Shown: positions 50,911 to 63,175, counted from the first letter of the stretch. The stretch: 64,000 nt of DNA from Takakia lepidozioides (GCA_030704615.1 CM060734.1:28458001-28522000); one strand, 5' to 3'. Translations and numbers: made by a program. The notes: generated by a model from the sequence alone, not told the origin.

Positions 50911-53027
50911 CCCCACAATGCTTGTTTTCTGGTGAGAAATTTGGCCACACACGGCCTGTCTGCCATGCTCAAACTCCATCGTTTCATGCCTCTCTCTTAT
51001 ATCAATTTGAATGAACAACCCTGCAGGAGAAGATGCAAAGTGTGGCGGAGGAGATCCCTTCGGGGCAGGGGAAGGAGATCATTGTTGACGTTGACGATGA
51101 GTTCTATGAAAGCAAAGCCGCTGAGATGCTGGGGGGTCAGAAGGTAAACTCTCAGCTTGTGGTGCAAAGTATGTTTGCCCCGGGTGGGAGGTTGAAGATT
51201 CCCCTGTGTAGGTTGGTTTCATGCCCGTCGTTCGTCCACCCCTCATCAAGGACATTCAAGCTGGAGGCCGAGTTTGTTCATGGGTATTTGGATGGATCCG
51301 CAGTCTTTTACGTTTCTACAAAGGATTCCAGAGGCAATGAGCTCCTTGTGGATGAGTCAATCGTGGACTCCTGGGATCCCATTTGCAGACAGGTGAACGA
51401 ATCCTTCGAACTTCTTCTCTCCAGGAAACCTTCCACCCGGGCATTCTCAGGGAAGATTTTCACATTTGGGATGGCAACCACCGGTTTGCTTGCATGGATG
51501 GCTGTCATTGGGAGGTTGCACTCACAGGAGAAGAGTGGCATTACTCTGTTCGATCAATGGCGCTGGATTGTGACGGGAACATGATGGGTCTTCTGACGGC
51601 AATGAATGATGTGAACAGGTTGGTTTTTCATTCTACATGTTCCACTTGTGGTTCCGTGGTTCTTTTGATTCAAGTCCTTGAATTTCATTCTGACTTTCAG
51701 ATATCATTCTGAGGGATGGAGACATTGCATGTCAAACGAGTCTGGTTCACACACTGTATAGGATACAAAGGATCGGGCAGATGCCCTTGACCAACTTCAA
51801 GACCATCCTTTCAGCAGAGACGTACAAGAGTGCGAAAACTCCAAGGACATCGGAAACGTGGTACTCGGTGACCCGTGAGGCTTTCATGGAGTACATGGTA
51901 CACGATGAGATACATCTTCTTTCATCTGGCCTTTCCATATTCCTGCTTCCACATGTTTGTTTCTGTTTGTTTCCCTTGACCTTGGGTTGATGCAACTCTC
52001 GTGCATTCCCTTGCAGCAAGACATTGCAGATGCAGGGGAGCGTGGCAAACTAGAATACTACAGCTCAACCCCTGAGGAGAGAAGGACAGCAAAGGGGGTT
52101 GAGAGTCACATCCAGAAAGAGATGACCGCTACAAGAATGACTATAATGAGTGCTTTTGTGAAGCAGTTGAGAATTGCCGACCCATCATTCGGATCGCAGT
52201 TTCTCCTGGAGATAAAAAACCATTATAACAAGCCAGGCAAGCCAGAGATGGCCCAGGAGAAGTTGCACAGGTTGTCTACCGACGTTGTGTCTTCAGAACA
52301 GAAGGTGAAGTGGCTACAGATATGGAACTCCGATCCCACAGTTAGGGATACCCATATGTTCCCCAGGCCGGAGAAAGAGAAGAAGACCCAGCGTGTCATT
52401 CCTGTCAGTGACAATGTGCTGGACACATGGCTTCACAAGGCCACTTACTGGAGCCAGGTGTGATGTCCTTTCCTGTGTCACTTTCTTTTCTCTTTTCCTG
52501 TCCTTCTCTTTCCATTGCCTCTTACATTCGTTGTGATTGTTTTTGGGTCCATTCTTGCATTTGAATTGTTTTGCAATTGGAAGAAAGGGCCCGGTCGGTT
52601 CTGCATACTCAGCTGGCTGACTATGGCATCACTATGACAGCACCGAAGGTCTCCTTCGAAGCATACATGAGGAAATGGAGAGCCACAGTGTGGCACTCTT
52701 GTTTCTTTAGAGAGTTCAGCAAGGAGGGTGGCATCAGTCAAACAAATGACCTTGACCAGCAAGAAAAATGAGAGGAAGCCTGGAAACAATGCCTTTACAA
52801 GTGCACACCCTGGGCCGTTCAGGCTACTTAGTGTGCTATGGTTGCAATGTACTGTGCCGCATACTGTTTAAGGGGGTCTTCCTGGTGTGATGGAAAAGCT
52901 GAGAGACAATAATTGCATTGCATAATGAGGCTGTCTCTGTTCCTGCAGGTACATAAAGTTTGTTCTCATGGAAGAGAATTGCTTAGACAAACATCCAGAT
53001 TTTGTGGACCTTTGGCTTGTCCCTGCT

Positions 53028-56000
53028 TGTCGCGGCCCTTTGCCTTGAGGGCAGGGGGGGTCGGGACACAAGAGGGGCTGCCCCTGTGGTGGGGGCAGTA
53101 GCAACGATAGGTACGGGGGCTGAAGCACCCTTGAGTGCCCAAGGCACTCAAGGAGGCGGAGGCGCTCACTAGGTGGAGCCCCGCACACCGGGTTGCGGTG
53201 GGGGTGGCTCCACAAGGGGTGGTGGTAGCTTAGCGGGACTTAGTGGGGGTGGCATAGGACTCACCATGGGGTGGAGACCTCGAGGTGGGAGTCGTGGGGA
53301 GTCTTGGGACTCATCACGGTCCATTGGGGCCGCGGTGAGTGGGCCAAGACTCACCGCGACTCACCACCGGGAATCGAGGGTCTTCATGGTGGTTCGCCAT
53401 AAAATGGCATGGCTGGTTCTGAAACCCCCGCAGATAGCTACAGAAGTATATATAGGGAGTAGTAACCCGAGAACGGTGCAAGCCCGTTGGTGACCAAAAA
53501 CTAGTGAGTAAGCGAGCGAGCCGGAAAGCGACCAAAGAGTGGGGAGCTCTTCCGGACTGCCATACCAAAGGGAATTCCCGCTGGTTCCCAATGGTGGAGG
53601 GTTTTGGGAGAACAAAGGGGGACCGGTTATGCCCCGGTGAGCAGCCAAAGCTCCAAGTTGGCCCGGCGGCCAGGTTGGGAGTCAGGCGCGCGCATCAAAG
53701 CGAGTAACTATGACTTGAGGGGGAGCTTACCGAAGGGAGGTGCGCGACACTTGGTATCAGAGCTTAGAGTTCAGTACGCGATCGTCCTTGGGATTGGCCT
53801 CATCATGGGGTCGGGCAAACCAAAGCGAAAGCGGAACGGCCCAAAAGATGATGATCCTGGTGAGCCCGATGGGGCGACGTGTCACCGAGGCGGCCGTTTG
53901 AGGAAGCGATGAATGTTTCCGAAAACAAGGCCGCTCAGGAGCGGGAGGAATCCGAGGAGTCGGAGCCCGAGGAATCCTTGAGAGCTCCGACAAACCAAGA
54001 GATGCCTCCCATGCCGGCAGCCTTTTGGGAAGGGTTGTTGGCGCAGTTTGGCGGACGTTGAAAGACGTGTTGAAGGCGGCTAATGCACTTCCACTAAGGC
54101 AAAGTTTAAGGTGAAGCCTAAGGAACCCGGCACCTTCGAGGGCGTTCGAAATCGGAAGGCACTCAACACCTGGCTCCTGGAGCTAGAGCAGTACTTCCGG
54201 GCGGCCAAGTTGAGTGACGAGGATCGGGTGGAAGTGGCTCCCACCTATTTGAGGGGCTATGCTCAACAATGGTGGCAGAAACGCCTTCACGACCGAGGCC
54301 CAAGCCCGGAAACCTTGAACTGGAGTGGGTTCAAGGAATTGATGAAGAGACAGTTTGTGCCCCTCAACGCATCCTGGCTTGCCCGGGACAAGATGAGGAA
54401 TTTGAAGCAAACAGATGACATTCGGGGGTATGTCCAGGCTTTCAATGTGCTGTTGCGAAGTCGCGGACATGGCAGAACCAGAAATGGTCTTCAACTTTGT
54501 GGCGGGACTGGCCCCATGGGCCAGGCGGAAGTTGGAGGAGAAGCCACCCAAGACTTTGAACGAGGCAATTGAGAGGCTGAATGTTTCTCGGATGTCCCTA
54601 GGGGTGAAGACAAGGCCGTACGGAGCTGAACCCAAAGAAGACCCGGCGGGAAGGTGACTCCTTCCGACCGGAAAAGAAGTGGGATAGGCCACGCGCGACA
54701 ATGGCACGTGGAAATCGAAGGGAGGGCCTTCACACGTCAAGGCGGCACCCGGTGCTTCAAAAGGAAAAGCGGGTGGAGCGGCTTATGGCGGACAGAAGGC
54801 AACCTTTGATGGAGTGTGTTTCAATTGCGGGGAGCCCGGGCACATGGCCAAGAAGTGCACAAAACCCGACAATTGAACATGACTCGGGCAACCACGGAGC
54901 TGTCGGAAGATACCATCAGTCGCTTGGTGGAAGCGGTGGTCGCCAGGACTTGCAAGGTAGGCAACTATTCTTGTGAGTTGTATCAGGAAACTGGCGCCTG
55001 CGTAAAGGGAGTCAGTTATTGTTCGTGGATGGGATAATATCCGGAACTAACGTGTCGTTGTTGGTGGACACAGGAGCGTCGCACTCCTTCATGACGCCGC
55101 GGCGGCGCGAAAGTTGGGACTCCCGACAAGTGACGTGGGGGCCTCTATTGAGGTGCGCTCTGCCAAAGAACCTCAGTTGGCGACAAGGTTGGCGTTTGAT
55201 GTTCCTCTTCAACTGGGGAGTTGGGAGGGACGTGAGAACTTCACCATCTGCGAGATCGATGGAGTGGATCTCATTTTGGGGATGACCTTTTTGAGCAAAT
55301 CCGGAGCGGTCATAGATGGCCGCAAGAGAGTAGTCACGCTGCCATGTGGGAATGGTGGCGAGGTTTTACGAGTGTCGGAAACGCCCAAATCCGTGGAGGG
55401 CGAATAAACCTTCTGTCAGCAAGGAGTGGGCCGTGGAGGAGGCACACGAGCCCAGTTTTTGCTTTACATTAGAGAAGTGAAAGGAGAAGGCGATGGGGAG
55501 CCGAGCCCAGATTGGATCAAGGGGATTTTGGAGAAATACCAGGATGTGATGCCGGAGGATTTACCAAGCGGCTTGCCACCGCGAAGAGAGTTGACCACAA
55601 GATTGAGGTGATACCGGGATCGGAACCGCCTGCCAAGGCACCCTACCGGTTGAGCCACAGAGAGTTGGTCGAGCTGAAGACTCAGCTCAAGGATCTAATG
55701 TCAAAGGGGTACATCCGGCCGAGTAAGTCACCTTACGGAGCCCCGGTGCTATTCGCAGACAAGAAGGATGGGACGCTGCGGATGTGTGTCGATTACAGGG
55801 CTTTGAATAAGGTGACTATTAAAAACCGGTACCCTTTGCCAAGGATCGACGACCTTTTCGATCGGGTTGGCAGGAGCGAAGTATTTCAGCCGGATCGACT
55901 TGCGCTCCGGCTATCATCAAATTCGGGTGGCGGAAGGAGATGAGGAGAAGACCGCGTGCAGGACAAGGTATGGTTCATATGAGTTCTTGGTGATGCCTTT

Positions 56001-59000
56001 TGGGCTCACCAATGCACCGCGACCTTTAGCACGCTGATGAACAGCCTTTTCAGGAGTGGTTGGATGACTTTGTGATCGTGTACATCGACGACATCTTGGT
56101 GTACTCGAAAACAAAGGAGGAGCACCTGGAGCACCTCAAAAGGGTGTTCCAAAATTGCGGAAGGGAAGCTGTATGCCAAAGCTTCAAAGTGCGAATTCGG
56201 GGTCACGAAAGTGGAGTTCTTGGGGCATGTGATTACACAGGATGGGATCAAAATGGATGACAGAAAGGTGAGGGCGATCTTGGACTGGGAGCCTCCGACT
56301 TCGGTCCCGGGAGTGCGATCCTTCCTAGGACTCGCCTCCTATTACCGGAAGTATGTGAGAAATTTCGCCAAGATCGCGGGGCCGCTGTCGGACCTTCTGT
56401 GTAAATCCAAAGTCTGGGTATGGAACACATTTTGTGGCCAAGCTTTTGCTGAATTGAAGCAGCGGATGGCGGAAGCTCCAGTCTTGAAAATCCCGGAGTT
56501 CGATCGTCCATTTGAGATTCATACAGATGCGTCGGACTTCGCGATTGGGGGTGTACTTATGCAAGATGGACGTCCAGTGGCTTACGAAAGTAAGAAACTG
56601 AATGAAGTGGAGCGACGGTGGCCGACGCACGAAAAAGAGATGAAGGCGGTGGTGCACTGTCTTGAGCTTTGGCGCCACTATGTTGGTTCCAACCCAGTGA
56701 AGGTGTTCACGGACAATGTCACGGTGAAGTATTTTGCCACGCAGCCCAAGTTGTCCCCAAAACAACTTAGGTGGCAAGATACTTTGGCGGTGTTCGACGT
56801 GGATATCCAGTACAAACCGGGACGAGACAACGTGGTGGCCGATGCTTTAAGTAGAAAAGCAGCAGCTCTTGTTGGTGTACAAGGGCGAGACGACGCTCCA
56901 AAGGAAGATCCGGAAGGCTTGGGAAGGATGAGCTGGCGAAGTCCGTGATGCAGGACTTGAGGATGGGGGTTAAATCGCAGTTCCACTTGCAAAATGGACT
57001 GCTCCGGTATAAGCAAAAGCGTCTCTACGTGCCGAAGGGAGGGATCAGAGATAGCCTCTTGAGAGAATGCCATGATAGCCCGCTTGCGGGCCACGGCGGA
57101 GCCAAGCGCACTGCGGCACTCTTGAAGAAAGAGTATTTCTGGCCCAAACTGAGGGAGGAGGCAGAGGAGTATGTCAAGACATGCACCACATGCCAACAAA
57201 ACCGGAGCGAGTACAAAAAGCAAGCGGGGCTGTTACAACCCTTGCCGATTCCAGAGGGGACTTGGGAAAGCGTCTCGATGGATTTCATGACTGCTATGCC
57301 GCTGTCAAAAGGATTCGATGCAATCATGGTGGTGGTGGATAGGTTCAGTAAAATGGGCCATTTCATCCCCACCAAGGAGACGGCAACGGCGCAGGAGACA
57401 GGCGACTTTACTTCGCCCACGTCTTAAAGCATCATGGAGTCCCGAAGGATATTGTCTCGGACCGCGATCCAAAGTTTACGAGTAAATTTGGAGGACACTT
57501 TGGAAAAAGATGGGGACGAGGCTGAAGATGAGCACCGCCTTCCGACCTACGACGGACGGCCAAACGGAAAGAGTGAATTCCGTAGTGAAGCAATTCTTGC
57601 GGAATTACGTGTCGGCAGACCAATCAGACTGGATGGAACACTTAGACGCGGCAGAGTTCTGTTATAATAACACAGAACACTCCGCAACAGGAGTTTCCCT
57701 TTCGTATTGGTCTATGGAAAAGCACCTCTGGTGCCGACAAGTTGGGCCGCCCAGGACGTTGAGGAACCGGCAGTAGCGGCGGTACTGGAAGAACGCGAGC
57801 GTTTGTTGAAGCTCGCAAAGTACAACATTGCCAAAGCTAGGAAACGGTATGAAAGGCAGGCGAATCGGAAGCGGAGGGAAGTGAAGTTTGAGGCAGGCAC
57901 AGAGGTCTGGTTGAACATCAAGAATTTCCGACTACCTCCGGAAGTGAGTCCGAAGTTCGTACCTCCGTATGCGGGACCCTTTCGCATTCGAAGGTTATGA
58001 ATGAGGATGTGTATGAATTGGAGCTGCCGGCAAACAGCAAGGTGCACCCAGTATTCCATGTCTCCCTTTTGAAGCCTTACTTCAAAGATGAAGCGTGTCC
58101 GAATCGGCATCAAGTGTTGCGTCCGCCACCTATGCTGTTGGATCATGAAAATGAACCTGAGTACGAGGTGGAGGCAATACTTAAGTCGAGGAGGTTCAGA
58201 ACCGAGAAACGGAGTATCTCGTCAAATGGAAGGGCTATCATCATGTGGAGGCATCTTGGGTGCGTGCCTCAGAAATGGGAAACGCATCGAGGCGGTTGCA
58301 GCTTTCGAAGGGCGACCTCAAAAGCGGAAGAAACGTTGATGGGGACATCAACCTTGGAGCGTGGGGGAGGAAATGCATGCTTAGCCCGGCTTAGCTAGCT
58401 TAGGAATCCGATTGCAAAAACTTGTATTGTACAAAAATTTGTTATAAAGGAAATGGTTCCAAATGTTGTGCGTCCTATTTTGTTTGGAATGGTGATGCAT
58501 GGTATGGTTGGCTAGTGTGTAGAATGCATGCTAGCTTATAAAGTGGAGAGGTAAATTGGGTTAATCGTGTGTTTGCGCAGTGCCGAAATCGGGTGACCCC
58601 ATCCAAGGGGGCAAGGAAACTTGCGACTTCTTTGGGAGTTCACGTGCTAGTGCGCACCTGGCGCGTGCGCGTACTATAACTGCGCTACCGAGGGGGTTGC
58701 CTTGTAGTGCGGGCTAACGCGGAAGCTACGTGCTTCCGTTCACGTACTATAATCGTGTAGCCTCGGGACGAAGTCGTAGTGCGGCTTCGGCGTGTTCCCG
58801 TACCTCAGGCCAGCATTCCAAGGCGGACCCAATTGTAGTGATTGGGCGCACGGTTGGTTCAAGGTTATCTTCCTAGTCAAAGAGGGTTCCAGGTGAACCC
58901 TTGCTCAAGGTGATGCCAAAGCGGCATCATGAGCGGTCGCAAGCAATGTTGTTGCAGTAAGGCGATTCGATCCTCGGAGGATCGTTCCTTGGCCTTGAAG

Positions 59001-59960
59001 TAGGCCAAGAAGAGTGCACTGGGAGGAGCTGAGAGGCTCCACCCTTGGCCGGGACTTGGAGGAAGTCGGCCGAACTAGCTAGTGGAGAGTAGAGTCAAGT
59101 GTGGGGTTTGGTTCTTTGCCATGGGACGCCATGGTACGGAAACAAACTCCTTGATGTGGGACGCCACAACTTGGATGTTCGTTTCTACAAAATGGACAAG
59201 TCGATGAGGACATCGACTCCCTGTTGGTAGGGGTGTGTGTCGCGGCCCTTTGCCTTGAGGGCAGGGGGGTCGGGACACAGAGGGGCTGCCCCTGTGGTGG
59301 GGGCAGTAGGCAACGATAGGTACGGGGGCTGAAGCACCCTTGAGTGCCCAAGGCACTCAAGGAGGCGGAGGCGCTCACTAGGTGGAGCCCCGCACACCGG
59401 GTTGCGGTGGGGGTGGCTCCACAAGGGGTGGTGGTAGCTTAGCGGGACTTAGTGGGGGTGGCATAGGACTCACCATGGGGTGGAGACCTCGAGGTGGGAG
59501 TCGTGGGGAGTCTTGGGACTCATCACGGTCCATTGGGGCGGGTGAGTGGGCCAAGACTCACCGCGACTCACCACCGGGAATCGAGGGTCTTCGTGGTGGT
59601 TTGCCATAAAATGGCATGGCTGGTTGTGAAACCCCCGCGGACAGCTACAGAAGTATATATAGGGAGTACTAACCCCGAGAACGGTGCAAGCCCGTTGGTG
59701 ACCAAAAACTAGTGAGTAAGCGAGCGAGCCGGAAAGTGACCAAAGAGTGGGGAGTTGTTCCGGACTGCCAACTACAAAGGGAATTCCCGCTGGTTCCGAA
59801 GCGGTGGAGGGTTCTTTGGGAGAACAAAGGGGGACCGTTATGCCCCGGTGAGCAGCCGAAGCTCCAAGTTGGCCCGGCGGCCAGGTTGGGAGTCAGGCGT
59901 GCGCATCAAAGCGAGTAACTATGACTTGAGGGGGGGCTTACCGAAGGGAGGTGCGCGACA
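53028..59960 (+). mobile_element. Full-length Ty3/gypsy chromovirus-type LTR retrotransposon nested in the MULE accessory gene
   Basis: LTRs at 53028-53749 and 59238-59960 (TGTCGCG...CGCGACA). TSD CTGCT at 53023-53027 and 59961-59965. PBS TGGTATCAGAGC at 53752-53763, and a G-rich PPT precedes 59238. Confidence 0.97.
53805..58339 (+). pseudogene. gypsy gag-pol (gag, CCHC, PR, RT, RNaseH, IN, chromodomain), many frameshifts
   Basis: CFNCGEPGHMAKKC; LLVDTGASHSF; [11 protein letters not shown]; [10 protein letters not shown]; HTDASDFAIG; SVSMDF...VVVDRFSKM; GPF; YEVEAIL...EYLVKWKGY. Confidence 0.93.
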
Positions 59961-62771
59961 CTGCTGGCAACCAGACCATGTTTACTACTGGGATCTTGCA
60001 TGACAGGGGTCCATACCATCTTTCTTCTTGTGGTTGGTATTTGGATTGCCCTCCTTCTGAGACCCCAACTCCGGAGGTGTCTTTGAGGAGAGAGAATGAG
60101 CGTATTGCAGCCACTGCCGCAGCAGCCGACCTCGACATTCATGAACGAAATTTGAGGACTCTTGTAGAGAAGGAGCCTCTCGCTCAGGATACCCCGGGTA
60201 GAGGAAGAAAGGCAAAGGGAAAAGATGTTGCTGGTGTTGTGGAGAAAGGAAGGGGTAGAGGGAAGGTGGCACAAGGGCAGGGAAGTGTTGCAGATATTGG
60301 CCCAGTGGTGCATGTCCAGCAGACTCCACCGCATGGTAGGGGATCCGTGAGAAAGAACAAGGGGGTGGTTTGATCCCAAGGACCGTACCATGCAGTGGAA
60401 CATCCCACGAGGGTCATTTGCCCTACCAGGTTGGAGATGGCCAACGTCGGGTTCCTTGCCATGATGGAGTCCAAGAAATCTGATTTCAAGGGTGAGCCAT
60501 CACCAGTGTGGGAGAGGATTGTGGAGTTCCTCGGCACGGTGTGTGTTCTCTTTTGCTTCTTCTCTGCTGTGGGCATGGATCGTTTCAATCCTCTTGAGTA
60601 TTCCATTGTAATTTTGTTTGCAGGCTAAAATGACCAAATCCTGGGTGAACGGGAAGGAGAAGCCATATGCAGCCGAACTCATCATCTTGGGCAACCCTGA
60701 TGGGTTGGCAGTCCCAGATGTCCCTCCATCGGGTGCTTGTCCGGGTTGGAATGCTTTTGATGAGCGCTACTGGCGGTGGGTTTTTCTCTTTTGCAATTTT
60801 TTCCTGTCCGATGCAGGTGTTTTGGTGCTCATCCAGTGCATGGACGTTCGATGTCGCCGTGCACTTGCCAGCTATTTGAAAGCCTCGGGCATGTGAGTCG
60901 TGAAGACATGGAATTGTGTGAACAACATGTACCTTATGAAGGGGGATCGTCCGGGAGAGATGGTAAATTTGCCTTCTTCTTCCTCTTCTTGGTGGTTCTC
61001 GGATGGAGTTGTATAGGTCGCTCAAACTCATATGTAGGGGCCTGATTTTTTAAGCTTCTTAGTTCCTTGTGGATGTCCTGTTCGCAGACTTGTTTGTTTG
61101 AAGCTGTTTGTCTCGTCCGAGTGCATCCACCAACGACTCCGGCCGGCATTGCGGAGTTCACCATCTCTCATGGGGGCAAGTTCATAGACGACAGGAGAGA
61201 TCCTCCCATGGATGACATGCACCACAACTACGTCGACAGCAATGTGTGCTTGCGAAGGGGGAATGGGGTTCCTTGGAGAGGGGCGAGGGAGAGGAGCCCG
61301 GCTTTCATTCAAACGATTGTGGAGTGTTGCACCTACACAAACGCCAGAGTTCTGGATTTGTCAATGGGCACAGGTTTGTCTCTTCAACATTCACATTTCA
61401 TGAGGTTTGATTGAGCTTGCACTTTCAGCACTTCCCACCGTTCCAAATGTGTCTTCAATGTCTGCTTCCTTCATTCTATTCCACTGCAGGTGCTTCGTAC
61501 CACGCTTGCAAGGCCAGTGCACAACATCTCTTTGGGATTGAAGGGGATGCTGAGATTTACAAGAACCTCCTGATGGGTTTGGGTGGACACACTTCTCAAG
61601 TCCTTCTGAAGCCCCGTCCCGCTGATATTGATACAGAGGAGACTTCCGACAAGGAGCTGGACTCCGACTTTGCCTGTGAATAAGTTCAACCTGTGGATGC
61701 TTGCATTGTTGTTTTAATATCGAGAATCACTGTTCTTGAGCAAAGTTCACATGGGAGACATCCTCTTCGTTGGACTTGTGCATTGCATCATTGTGTTTCA
61801 AAATGGGTTTTTGTCGACATGTGCAGGAGTCCGCGTGCTTCCACTTACCCTCAGGGCTATCACACCTATTTGGACTTCTTTCCAGTCCTCCTCGGTCTTG
61901 CGTGCTACCTGTCTATGCGGAGGCACTCGCAGCAAGCATGTCCGTTCATGGCACTCGAGTCCACCATCGACGGCCGTGGTAGAAGACGTGGTGTTGGGGC
62001 CAGAATCTTTGTGGATGACATAGCACAGGAGGTCGAGACTGATTCTGATGACTGTGACTTGATATGAAGTTTTCTTTTGGTTTTATTCGGGGCCAAATTT
62101 GAAATGGGATGGTTGTTTGTCCTTGTTGTCCTGTTTGCAATGTGTGCGTGGAATGCACATTCATGGGAACAAACTATTGTTGGAGAGGGGGTTGCATGGA
62201 CTGCCCGGATTGTTCCTTCAATCTATTTAGTGTTTTTGTGGACCTCACATGACTTGAGTGCATTGCAAAACAAACAAACAACTTTGGTTCGTGTAGAGCA
62301 TTCTCGCATCATTTGTTGCTCGTTGGTCTCCAAACCATTCCTGCTAGAAGAATGGTTGGTGAATCCATCACGGTGAAGTCCACCTCATCAAAGAGCGTTC
62401 AGGCATTCTCAAATCTAATGAGCATCCATGATGCTCCCGCACATACCTGGCATATTCGCAAGGGTGGTGTGTAAGAAAAGATTTCGCAGGGATCCGCTTT
62501 AGATGATGTCAGTGTGCACCTCCTCACGACGTACCCACATAAACTTGTGAGGGCTTGGTATGTTGATAACGTCTGGATGGATGCAATGGATACAATGGAT
62601 GTAACATATCCACTCTGCATTCCCGGGAAATGGCTGATCAACCCGCGGAAATAGGTGACACCCGCGGAAATAGGCCCTGTATGCATGCTGACGTGGTGTG
62701 AGCCTGTGCTGGGCTCACGGTTTCCTGGGCTCACAGGCTCACGCCTCCAGGCTCACGGAATAGCACCCCCC

Positions 62772-63010
62772 CTTGAGGCTTATGAACTCGTTGTTGCAGA
62801 GTAAAAGTTTGTCGACTGTAACATGTGCTAATGGCCTCAGCTTTGAACTCAAGGGTTTCTTCAAACATTATGACTTTAGATGCAAACCTGGTTTTTACAA
62901 GAGTCTTCAGCTTGCGAGGCTGTAGGCCAGCCGTCAGAGTCTATGCATGCTTTATCCCATTCTTGTCGACCATTTCCAGATTTCTTTGTCCAAGTAATAG
63001 TCTTTTGTAG
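62772..63010 (-). pseudogene. Relic DNA-transposase (hAT-like) fragment, upstream part
   Basis: LQPRKLKTLVKTRFASKVIMFEETLEFKAEAISTCYSRQ...LQQRVHKPQ. TRFAS resembles the hAT TRW.S motif. Confidence 0.5.
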
Positions 63011-63084
63011 CATCCTTGATCGAGACCTCCCTAAATTTCAATGAGGATAAGGACGGCGGCCCCACCAGCGGAACTATGGTGTCC

Positions 63085-63175
63085 AACCAGCAGAATTTGG
63101 TGTGTTGCTTGCAAGCTGCTTTGGATTACGCCTGTGGTTTGGCAGCCATACAATCAAATGGCACATGTTTCTTGT
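63085..63175 (+). pseudogene. X8 (CBM43) domain fragment
   Basis: WCVA / LQAALDYACG...AIQSNGTCF, with internal deletions. Confidence 0.65.

Larger units (their letters stand above)
49649..61683 (+). pseudogene. MULE accessory gene: acidic N-terminus + ParB/Srx-like domain + beta-class N4C/N6A DNA methyltransferase-like domain; multi-exon, interrupted by the gypsy element
   Basis: Exon 1 (49649-49912) splices in phase 0 to 51027. LKIPLCRLV...FHIWDGNHR.LAWM follows. The frame is continuous across the gypsy TSD (DLWLVPA|GNQTMF). Exons 60624-60962, 61088-61373 and 61490-61683 give ELIILGNPDG...FLSDAGVLV...TWNCVNN...ERSPAFIQTIVECCTYTNARVLDLSMGTG|ASYHACKASAQHLFGIEGDAEIY. Confidence 0.75.
45444..62771. 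mobile_element. Mutator-like element (MULE), 17.3 kb including a nested gypsy, with degenerate TIRs
   Basis: 9-bp TSD CTTGAGGCT at 45435-45443 and 62772-62780. The ends CAGCGTAGCTACGGCGTGAGCC and (reverse complement) GGGGGGTGCTATTCCGTGAGCC share GCTA...CGTGAGCC at an identical offset. GTGAGC/GCTCAC motifs cluster at both ends, and the flanks rejoin in frame. Confidence 0.9.
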
